Shown in pieces: positions 51,291 to 62,224 of a stretch of DNA of 64,000 nucleotides (position 1 is the first letter of the stretch; the number at the start of each line of letters is the position of its first letter). Source of the DNA: Octopus sinensis. Lineage: Eukaryota. Location of the stretch: the NCBI RefSeq assembly GCF_006345805.1, contig NC_043016.1:27962001-28026000 (forward strand). The letters run 5' to 3'. A program made the position numbers and the translations under genes. The notes beneath the pieces were generated by a model, which saw only the letters and a program-made list of their open reading frames with translations, ran no database searches and was not told the origin of the DNA.

Positions 51291-51895
51291 AGGGATGAAA
51301 GTCATCCTCTACGGAATTTGAACTCAGAACGTAAAGATGGACAAAATGCCAATAAATATTTTGTCCGGGTTACTAACTATTCTACTGTCTTGCTACCTCC
51401 TCTTGTCCTATTAATTCTTTCTACTCTAGGCACAAGACCTGAAATTAGGGTTGGGGCAGAGGCTAGTTTTTTGCATTGATCCCAATGCTGAACTGATACT
51501 TATTTCACCAACCCTAAAAAGATGAAAGACAAAATTGACTTCGGGTGAATCCGAAATCAGAACGTAATGAGGCTAAGTATTTTGTTAGACGTGCTAACTC
51601 GTGCCAGCTTGTTTTGCCCTACTAACTCTTTCTACTATAGACACAAGGCTTGAAATTTGGGGAGGATGTGCAGAGGATAGTTGATTACGTTGATCCCAGT
51701 GCTCAACTGGTACTTATTTCATCGACCCAGAAAGGACAAAAAGCAAAGCCGACATTGGTGGAATCTAAACTCAGAACATAAAAACATAAAGTCGCTAAGT
51801 ATTCTGCCAACTTACTTCCTTCTCTTGTCCTATTAATTCTTTCTATTTTAGGCACAAGGCCTAAAATTAGGAAGGGAAAAGGCTAGTCTTTCGAT
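51291..51895 (-). mobile_element. Head-to-tail array of 3-4 SINE family B copies (period about 205 bp)
   Basis: Repeated GAATTTGAACTCAGAACG-like B-box and TTCTTTCTAC..GGCACAAG tail. Confidence 0.7.
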
Positions 51896-52199
51896 TAAGG
51901 ACGAATTAAATTAAGCTGATGTGTATGGAAGTGAAGCCTTACAGCAAAGACATAAGAAATGACAGGTATAGGAGAAATATAGATGTGCACAGATGGTAGT
52001 TGTAGCTTAGTTTTTCCTTGGGCTGGCCAGATTGGAGCAGTCTTGAATATAACCAGCCAAAATTGCAAAGATAATCTGGAACTCGACTGAGGAAACAAAG
52101 CTCCGAGATAGATAAACATGCCCACACTACTTTTTTCTGCTGTTACAGCAGAATTTTGTTGTTTCCCCCTTGTTTCAAGGGGGAAACTGCTAAAAACAT

Positions 52200-55100
52200 G
52201 AATTTGTCACCAATTTTTTGAAACTATGTTTCATGGCCTGTTTTCGGTCGATGTGGGATTGGAAAATATAATAAACCTCAAAATTTTGCTTCAAGGCATA
52301 GAAAGGAGTATGGGGGAGGAGAGCGGTAAAGCTATAGAGGCGTTACATGTGCTTGCTACAAAGGCAGACGATAAAATGTCTAACAAGGCTATACAGGTGG
52401 AAAAGTCTAAAGTTAATTTTGCAAGTGCAGTAACTCACTCCAGTAAAAATTTTCACATAAATAAGGACGAATTTTAAAAAATGTCAAGGTTTATTGCAAA
52501 AGGAAGGTGAAAATGTGAAGTTGCTCCCTTTGATTGAATTAATCAACACGACAGAGAGAAAAACACTGTTATACAAGACTTACCACGTCAAAAATTAAAA
52601 AATCGACTTTGTGACAAGGGAAGCCATAGAGAAATGCTTGAGGCCGATATGGTAAGAAACAAGTTATATAGCAAGGGATAGTCGCTTTAGTACTGTGGAG
52701 GTGCGTTTCCCTAGCGAAGAAAAAGCCAGGGAACATTTGACAACGACATTGAAGTCCGAAGAGGTAGTTCTCCTGCTGACTTACTTAGGAAGGAGAACTT
52801 CAAAAGTCAGGGTCGGCCTTGCTGGTAGCCGTTATCCTCATGGGCAGAGAGGAAAAAAATTACCATTCTGCGGGCGAAGAGATACCATCACATGAACTGG
52901 GTTGGACAGGCCTTAGAGCTGGTGATTCAAGCAAACCCCATCAATTTGGAAGAAATGCTCAGCTCAATTTTAATTGGGGAAGATACCAGCCTGATGTTGG
53001 TAGTCAAGGGGCAAAAGCCGAGGTGTTATAAATGTGGCGAGAAAGGCCACATAAGGTTGAATTGCAAGAAAGAAAAAGTCAAAGAAAACGCAGCAGAAAA
53101 GGCAAGCACGCCACCAAAGGAAACAATCACACTGCTAGAAATAGTATGTGTTGAGTGCACAAAATACTGAAGAGCAGCCGACAATGCAAGAAAACAACAA
53201 CAACAACAACCAGGCGTGGGTCACCGTGGAACCATCAAAGTGAAGATGGAATCGGAAAGATCCCCCTTCTTCAGATACACAGGACTATTCACAGAGAGAC
53301 AAGCACGCACGCCCACACCCACAAATACAGCTGCAAACACACATACACTGAAAAAAAGCACACACACGCACACCTCCACAATTGCCTAATAAAAAAAAGA
53401 TAAACAACTTCACGGCGATAAACAAAAATAACAAACTCCTTTTAATGAAGTCGGTGAAAAAATATATTGCAGCGGAATTAAACAGTACAATTCCTGCAAA
53501 CGTCGAGTTTTATATCATCGACAGCACAGACTGTTTTGAACTAAATATATTGCGGAGGACATCGGCCCACTACAGATGAACTTTTCAAGCCATTTGTACA
53601 GGCAATTCTCTAAAAAAATGACCTTGCAAACCACAACATCTACAGACAGAAAATTGGAGGGTGAAACTACACCCCCTCTCCCATTAAAACAGTAAATTTT
53701 AAACATACAATTTATTTTTCACGTACTCGTTTAAACTTGGTTGTTTAAATGTATGTGGCCTGGGGTCAGTTTGGAAGCAAGGCTGCCTCCTTGATGACCA
53801 TGTTTCATATCATTTGGACGTAGTTGTAATTACTGAATCCAGACTGAGTGGGCTGCAGTCTTTTTCACCCCTCCTAAACAGCTACAAGAGATATGTTTCT
53901 CCCTGTCGGCCAGGAGGGGGTCGCAGTGCTAGTCAGGAAAGACCTGGATTTAGAGATTAGAACTGTCTTTATAGATCTGGTCGTTTTGGATGTGACGCAC
54001 AGAAGTGGTAAAGGTTTTAGGCTGGTTGTTGTCATCTATGTTCCCTGTGAAGGAAGAGCTGGACAGTACGACTACTTCAGAAGCCTAGAGAATTCTCTAG
54101 GCATGTCAAACATGTTAGTATTGCTTGGCGACTTTAACACAATCTGCTATGTTGGCTTGAGACAGAATAGGAGGGGATACCCTTGCCTCAACGATCTGCT
54201 AAGTTGTTTCCAGTTGGCAGATCGATTCCAACTGGACCACCCAGACGTTCCAGCATGGACCTGGGCAAAAAAAAATGGGTCGTCCAGATCTTATAGAGAT
54301 AGAATCATTACTAGAAGGAAAGAGGTCATTATTGGACTGCGAAGCCTACAGAAACCAGATTAGACAATTAGTAATGAGGGCATTTAGTGGATCCATTATC
54401 AACAACAAATGGTGGTACACCCTCAAAAGAGCCATCAAATTTGAGCTGATTAGGTTTAGCAAAAAATTAGCTAGTACTAGAAACAAAGTAGAAAAGGGAC
54501 TAGTTAAGGCAGTAGATGAGGCAATGAGGTCAGGCGGTGCATCCAATGTGTTAGCAGTGAGGTTGGCACTCAACCAACATGTCAAAGGTAAACCCGGAGG
54601 GTGCATTGTCAGGGCTAAGATCTGTGCATTGAGACAGGAAGGGATCAACGCGGCAAGATGGGCTGAGTGGTAGAGAGCCAGTGTGGCAACAACTCAACCA
54701 TTCGATCTTTGATGGACCCACATGGTTGATCAGTAAACGAACCCAAGGAGATTTTCACGATCATTTCGCCCAGCTATTCAGGAAGAGTGGTGGACTGGTG
54801 CGCAGGGAGAAGCTCACAGAGTTCATGGCCGGTTCACGAGCTCTATGGTAGCATGCCAGAATTGTTTGGGTACCTACTTGCATGCGTGTACACCAACTGG
54901 CAGCAGAATGGGAGAATTCTCAAGTCTGTGAGCTGAGGAGTCGTGGTGCAGTTAAGAAAGGACCCAAACAAGGGGGATTTAATTGATAATTTTTGGCTCA
55001 TCACTTTGCTTAATGCAGAGTTGAAGATTTTGGCCAAGGTTTAGCAAAAAGGTTGTCATGGGTGGACTTGTTGGCGAGACACAAACATGCACCATCCTTG

Positions 55101-55433
55101 GCAGGACTGTCCACGACAATCTCCACTTTCTACACTAGGCCTTAGAAAGGGTAAATACGATTCCTGGCAAGAGTGGGGCTATGGTCCATGTAGACCGATC
55201 GAAAGCATTTGGTTAGGGTAGACCATTAGTATCTGGCGGTGGTCCTTGCAGTGGCTGGCTTCGGCCTGACCTTCAGTGGATGGATCAACACTTTATACAG
55301 CGACATTGAATTGCTATTTCGGGCGAATAGTTTCTTTTTGGAGCTGTTCTGCATCAAACGATTGGTACGTCAAGGGTGCCCTCTGTCTCGGCTTCTCTAC
55401 ATTTTGGCCCTCAAGCCAATGCTGAGGCTGTTA
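52200..55433 (+). mobile_element. Tx1/L1-clade LINE, 3'-truncated and decayed (ORF1 zinc knuckle, ORF2 APE and RT)
   Basis: CYKCGEKGHIRLNC (53024-53065, CX2CX4HX4C); LLGDFNT, WTW, SRSYRDRI; ITLLNAELKILAK; RQGCPLS.LLYILAL. Confidence 0.85.
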
Positions 55434-55673
55434 TAAAATGAATGAATACAGAGTTATATTTTATAAAATGAATTGTCAACAGTCTTCCTAAGATTTTTAC
55501 AAAGTTGTTCCATTTATTTTTATCTGATATTAACTAAAATCCAATTGACCAATACTGCACCACAGGATTTTCTGGTGATGTAATGTATGTTTGCTTTATT
55601 TACCATTTGGATGTAGGAAATAACCTGTAAATTCCTCAGAGTTTATCTTTTTATCACCGATTTCTCACTATAG

Positions 55674-55784
55674 GTGATGATTGCGGTAAAGTTGTTATTT
55701 GGAACATGGCACCAGTTAGAGATGAAATATCTGAAAAAAATGATGCTGTACCAAAAATATTATGTCAAATGGATAATCACTTAG
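55674..55784 (+). CDS. HIRA: HIRA exon 3: GDDCGKVVIWNMAPVRDE...PKILCQMDNHL
   Basis: tag/gtgagt; GKVVIWNM and LCQMDNHL conserved. Confidence 0.97.
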   Translation: MMIAVKLLFGTWHQLEMKYLKKMMLYQKYYVKWIIT

Positions 55785-56386
55785 GTGAGTACAGTATTGT
55801 TTTCAACAAGTACACCTACCTATAACCCACTTTTGTACCTCTATTGCTATTCTCTTTCATATTCATTTTGTACTTTGAGGGTATGGCTTCACCATATCTC
55901 CCCCCCCCCCAAGTCGTGTGTTCACTTCATCAGAAAGCCACCTGTTCCTCTCCCTCTATCATACTTACATATCCTTTAATACTATGTCCCACTCAGTTGA
56001 AGGGTCTTATGAGTATTTGATGATCTAGCAGTGCTGGTTCCATGAGAAAAGCAACCAGGACCCACTGAAGTGCTTGGTGTTAGGAAAGGCATCTGGCTGT
56101 AGAAACCATGCTAGAGTAGACATTGAAGCTCAGCGCAGCACTCTGGCTCATTATTTCATGTTGAATCATCCACCCTATGTTAACATGGTAAAAGGGACAT
56201 TAAATGACGATGATATTATTGACAGACTTGTTTTTTTAGAAGTTATTAATTTCTATTGTAGATACAACACCACACATATTTAGGCAGGATGCGTTGATTT
56301 AAATGGTTCTCATATTTGACCGGATCTCATTTTCTAGATTTTGGTGAGATTTGAATTCCCAGTATGTGTATGTATATATATATATA

Positions 56387-56547
56387 GGCGCAGGAGTGGC
56401 TGTGTGGTAAGTAGCTTGCTAACCAACCACATGGTTCCGGGTTCAGTCCCACTGCGTGGCATCTTGGGCAAGTGTCTTCTGCTATAGCCCCAGGCCGACC
56501 AATGCCTTGTGAGTGGATTTGGTAGACGGAAGCCTGTCGTATATATG

Positions 56548-56578
<31 letters not shown>

Positions 56579-56785
56579 ATGTGTTTGTGTGTCTGTGTTT
56601 GTCCCCCTAGCATTGCTTGACAACCGATGCTGGTGTGTTTACGTCTCCGTCACTTAGCGGTTTGGCAAAAGAGGCCGATAGAATAAGTACTGGGCTTACA
56701 AAGAATAAGTCCCGGGGTCGATTTGCTCAACTAAAAGGCGGTGCTCCAGCATGGCCGCAGTCAAATGACTGAAACAAGTAAAAGA

Positions 56786-56786
<1 letters not shown>
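56387..56786 (+). mobile_element. SINE family A, full length, inserted in (TA)n
   Basis: A/B boxes TGGCTGTGTGG / GGTTCAGTCCC; TA runs on both sides. Confidence 0.9.
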
Positions 56787-56832
<46 letters not shown>

Positions 56833-57208
56833 GTTCTCTACCAATTGTCATCCAACTGCCTTTAACTTTTACATTGATACTAACAAAGATTTATCGTCAG
56901 CTATTAAGCTTAGCTGAAAACACTATCTTAGTTTTCTGGTGGATAAATTTGAAATAGATATTTTTTCAGTTTTGATGTTTTCCTGCTTGCATGAGTATTT
57001 GATCCTTTGCCTGTCCCAGATGTGGCTGGTTTGAATGTTAAAGAATTAAGGGACTCTGATATATTACTATAAATGCTGCATCAAATGAATGAATACAGTT
57101 ATATTTTATAAAATGAATTATCAAATATGTTTGAATGTAACATTAGTAAAACCACATGTGATAATAGATCTGTTTCCAATAATCCAGTTTTAAAAATATT
57201 TTCTACAG

Positions 57209-57299
57209 GTTGTGTTAACTGTGTCCGTTGGTCTCATAATGGCCGACATTTAGCTTCTGGTGCAGATGACAAATTAGTTATGATCTGGCAAACAAGCAG
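57209..57299 (+). CDS. HIRA: HIRA exon 4: GCVNCVRWSHNGRHLASGADDKLVMIWQTSR
   Basis: cag/gtaagt; WD40 repeat CVNCVRWS..LASGxDDKL. Confidence 0.97.
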
Positions 57300-57767
57300 G
57301 TAAGTAAAGTGGGTTGGAAGTATATATTTATTTGTTGCATTTTGATTGATGTTTATGTTGTATGGCAGCTTCAGTATTTATTGACATTTCATTTATGGTA
57401 GACGAAACTGATTTGGGATGAAGACCTGTTGGTGTCTACAATAAACACACCTCTAAAAAAAAAAGAGTTTCATTGTTGAAAGATTGAGATGCAGGAAATA
57501 ATAGATTAAAATTTTTTTTTTATCTAAACTGCCATGAGAATGAAGATTAAATGAGTAACACAAATTCATCTCTGTTTTGACAGATTAGATGAAAATATAC
57601 CAAAAACCTTGGTGTTTGGTTTAAGAACTACTTGGAGATTTGTTGATGAAGGTGACTTAATCTCATCTGATATACTGATGCCTTGGTTCTGTTATTGTTT
57701 AGCTCAAAATCAAGCCTGATTTAGCAGACTTAAGGTCAAAGGTATATGTACTGTAACAATTATAAGT

Positions 57768-57995
57768 GCAGGTGTGGCTGTGTGGTAAGAAGCTTGCTTC
57801 CCAATCCACATGACTCCAGGTTCAGTCTCACTGCATAGCACCTTCAGCAATCAAAGCCTTGCAAGTAGATTTGGTAGACGGAAACTGAAAGAAGCCCATC
57901 GTAAATATGTGTGTATGTGATACATTCAACTATAAAATTCTTCAAAGTAGTGCCTCAGCATGGCTGCAGTCTAATGACTGAAACAAGTGAAAGAT
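57768..57995 (+). mobile_element. SINE family A, internally deleted
   Basis: Head and tail match 56387; middle missing. Confidence 0.75.
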
Positions 57996-58236
57996 AAAAG
58001 ATTATGTTGTTTTAGTTGTGTGTAAGATTATAATATAAAATGTGTCCTTTCCTTATTTATAATCATGTGGCAGATAGGAAGATTTGACTACTAGAGGCTC
58101 TCCTTTATTGTATTTCTTCATGGTATTCTCTCATATTTTGGAATCAAATCACATTCTCTAAAGTCATTTGTTTCTGTCGAGTCTTTTTTAAAAAATGGTC
58201 ATTTTACTGGATTTTTTTTTTTTATATCTGCAACAG

Positions 58237-58331
58237 GTATGGTGGCCCATCAACAGTGTTTGGAAGTGGAGGAAAAATGGTAAATATTGAACAGTGGAGG
58301 CCAGTATTTACACTTCGAGGACATTCTGGAG
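58237..58331 (+). CDS. HIRA: HIRA exon 5: YGGPSTVFGSGGKMVNIEQWRPVFTLRGHSG
   Basis: cag/gtatgt; GPSTVFGS..NxEQWR conserved. Confidence 0.97.
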
Positions 58332-59560
58332 GTATGTCTGATGTTTTAGATTTTTAAAAATCTAACTAAATTACTGCCTTTCTATAACTTGAAAAATGAA
58401 GCCTTTAGTCATAACATCTTCAAGAAGTAATGAAAATATATGTTGTATCAACTACTACTACTAATTCTGCTGCTGCTGCTGCTGATGATGATGATGACGA
58501 CGACAAGAACAAAAAGCATGGTACTGTAGGCTGCAGGCATTCCAACAAAACTGAAGTTAATAATAATAATAATAATAATAATACTTGGCTTCCTCTCATA
58601 TCTATTTAGCACTGTCCTCTGTTTTATGTTGAAATGTTTTCGATTGCTATTAGCATTGTTGCTCCACTATTTTGGTGGGATATCCTAACAACTGGTATAA
58701 ACTCTTTTAATAGTAAAATTTTCCCTGAAGTGACCAGCATGGTAACTGGGCTCTTATTTTTATTCAAGATCTGCTGACAACCATACCTGACTAGCTATAT
58801 CACCATCATGCTCATTTAATGTCCATGTTCCATGCTGACATGGGTAGGATGATTTGACAGGAGCTGGTAAGCCAGAAGACTACACCCAACTTCACTGTCT
58901 GTTTGGGCATGGTTTCTATGGCAAGATGCCCTTCCTAATATATAAGCCAGTAGAGTGGAATCATTTAAAAAGTTTTAAAAAATGATGCAAAGCACATTGT
59001 GACCAGCAATGTATAACATCTGATAGGCTGATTAAGTGATATACATGTATACACACACACTTTTACCATTTTGAAAATCAACATGTTTTCAACGGCTTTT
59101 CTTATAAGATTGACAAAGGAAATTGAGTGTAACCCTAGGCGTTAAGAGCTGCTGCTGAGAATTAAGGTGGTCTACACCAAAATTCGAAATCGTATAAGGC
59201 TATATACGCTAGGGACTTAACTCTCTTCGTCAGTCATTAAGTATAGTGCTTTGGTGACTTTGGAGTTAATTTAACTCTTATTTTAGCATAAACGGTGCTA
59301 GTCTGCACCCACCATTACTTTTGTGACCCCTATTAATTTTACCTTTAGGTTCTAATTGCTAATAAGCCACCCTTTTAATTTGTTGTTTACATGCAAATAT
59401 ATGTGTATCTAGTAACATTTATTGATGTTAATGTCAGCTAATGTTATAGAATGTATCCTGAGTATTTAAAATAGATGGCTAAAAATGAAAACACACTTTT
59501 CTACAATAAAGTTAGTAGCTATGCTAATGATTCTTTTCTCTTTGTGTGTATGTGTATATA

Positions 59561-59905
59561 CTCTCTTTACTTGTTTCAGTCATTTGACTGCAGCCATGCT
59601 GGAGCACCGCCTTTAATCGAACAACTCGACCCCGGGACTTATTCTTTTGTAAGCCCAGTACTTATTCTATCGGTCTCTTTTGCCGAACCGCTAAGTAACG
59701 GGGACATATACACACCAGCATCGGTTGTCAAGCAATGTGAGGGAGACAAACACAGACACACATGCATAGATATATATATACAACGGGCTTCTTTTCAGTT
59801 TCCGTCTACCAAATCCACTCACAAGGCTTTGGTCGGCCCGAGGCTATAGTAGAAGACACTTGCCCAAGGTGCCATACAGTAGGACTGAACCCGGAACCAT
59901 GTGGT
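59561..59905 (-). mobile_element. SINE family A
   Basis: About 90% reverse complement of 56387-56786. Confidence 0.88.
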
Positions 59906-60226
59906 TGGTAAACAATTATTATCATCATCAAAGTGGCAAGCTAGCAGATCTGTTTGCACATCAGACAAAATGCTTAATGGTATTAATTATTCCTACTCTT
60001 TAGATTCCAGTTCAGATACTGCTGTGGTCAATTTTGCCATTCATCTTTTCAGGGTTGATAGAATAAGTACCAGTTAAGCACTGGGGTTGATGTAATCAAC
60101 TTACCCCCCCCACACACACACACACTAAAATCGCTGGTCTTGCATCAAAATTTGAAAGAATTATGATTATCATCATCAACAGCAGCACATACAGGTTCTT
60201 AATTTTGATTGTTTTATAATTTATAG

Positions 60227-60322
60227 ATGTACTTGACTTGGCTTGGTCACCACATGATGCCTGGTTAGCCACATGTAGTGTTGACAACACTGTTGTTGTA
60301 TGGAATGCTGTAAAATTTCCAG
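60227..60322 (+). CDS. HIRA: HIRA exon 6: DVLDLAWSPHDAWLATCSVDNTVVVWNAVKFP
   Basis: tag/gtaaat; near-identical to vertebrate HIRA. Confidence 0.97.
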
Positions 60323-61660
60323 GTAAATAAACTTTTTAAAATTTATCTTAAGATATGTATATTCAGCATTGATTTCCTTTGCAAAAGACTATCTTCAGAG
60401 GCTTCCACCTCTAAGCGAAAAAAAAAAAAATGAGTTGGCAGAATTGCTAAAACATTCTTTAGCTTCATAGCTCTCTATTCAAATTCCTTATGAACAGGTA
60501 ATTTTGCCTGTTGAGTTTGTAAACAAATACAAATAAATGCTAGCTTTGACTAAATCACTTACACCACTTTAGCTACAGAAACTGGTTATAAGCAAAGGAT
60601 TTTTCTTCTTAATGTAATCATCACTGCCATCATTATTATTACTGCTTAATTAGGCTGTGAGCTTGTAGAATCGTTAGCATGCTGGGAAGCATTACATCTC
60701 TCTTTACATACCGATTTCAAATTCTACCGAGGTCATTTTCCTTTTCATCCTTTTGTGATTGACAAAGTAAGTACCAGTTGAACGCCGGGGTTGATGTAAT
60801 TGAGTTACCCCTCTCCTGAAATTGCTGGTCTTGTGCCAAAATTTGAATCCATTATTGCTACTGTTTAATGTCCACTTTTCCATATAGGAAATGGATTACG
60901 TGAAACTTCTTGAGACTGATTTTCTATATCCAGATGCTCGTTCTTTTCCCAACATTCACCAAATAAGGTCTTATTACCTCTAATTCTTAAAACAATGAAC
61001 AGCTCAATGGCTGGCCCATATTTCACAGCAGATTGCAGACAGATACCATTGTATAGATATTGGCTTTTTTGTTTTTATGTACTGCACAATGTAAAGACAA
61101 CAGGAAGACAAACACACATATTTCAACCATGGACATATGGTCCTATTTTTATTTGTTATCCAATGTTAAGCCAAGTGAAATCATAGTCACGGCCAATGCC
61201 AATGTTGTGTAACTGGCATGTATAAAGCACCCTTTGAACTTTGGGCCTCACATTGGCAGTGACAAGTGAGCAATATAGAGAAGACCTGTTAAGACAGCTG
61301 AGATCATAGTTGTGGCCGATGCCAGTGTTACATAACTGGTACCTGTGCCAGTGGAATGTAAAAAGCATCCACTACACTCCTGGAGTGGTTGGCATTAGGG
61401 AGGGCATCAAGCTGTAGAGACCAGATTGTACCTGGTGTGGCTCCCCAGCTTACCAGTTTTCAGTCAAACTGTCCAATCCATACTAGTATGGAAAACCGAC
61501 ATTAAATGATGATGATGTGGTTTTCCTTTTTTATGAACCTTAAAGTTCAGTTATTTCTAGCACCTCAAGTTATCATAAGTATTATTTTTTCATTGGCTCA
61601 TAGCTTTATTATCATTACTTTCTAAATAGCTTACTTCTATCATTCTTTTTCTTTTTTCAG

Positions 61661-61743
61661 AACAGATCTGTGTTTTAAAAGGTCACTCTGGTTTGGTGAA
61701 AGGTGTTACCTGGGATCCAGTTGGAAAATATCTTGCATCCCAA
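61661..61743 (+). CDS. HIRA: HIRA exon 7: EQICVLKGHSGLVKGVTWDPVGKYLASQ (gene continues beyond the window)
   Basis: cag/gtaaga; GHSGLVKGxTWDPVGKYxASQ. Confidence 0.97.
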
Positions 61744-62224
61744 GTAAGAATATTATATATTTTGTCAGACCAACATGCATTTTTCACAAACATACACATC
61801 CATATCTGTATGCACAGCAACTTGTGCACAAGCATGTATGTATGTATGTATGTGTGTGTGTGTATGTATGGATGCATGCATGCATGCATCATTTAAATGT
61901 CCACTGTCCATTCTTACTTGAACCAGACAGAATTTGTTATGGTATATTTTCTATGGCCAGAATCCCTTCCTGTTGCCTATAATAGAAGACACTTGCCCAA
62001 GGTGCCATGCAGTGAGACTGAACCTGAGGACACATAGTTCAGATGTAAGCTTCTTAACTATTTGGCTATGCCTGGTGGGTGTACAAATGGAATAAAAAGT
62101 ACTTAGTACATACAGGTGAGTTTGTTTGTTGCCTGACTGAATGCATATAAGTGAGAAATACTGAAGAGACAGAGTGACTCATTAGCTTCTATGAAATGTG
62201 TGTACGTACAAACATACATTATGT

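Noticed and set aside
61661-61665. Tandem acceptor CAG-AACAG at HIRA exon 7
   Set aside because: The 5-nt shift breaks frame; likely splicing noise at most.
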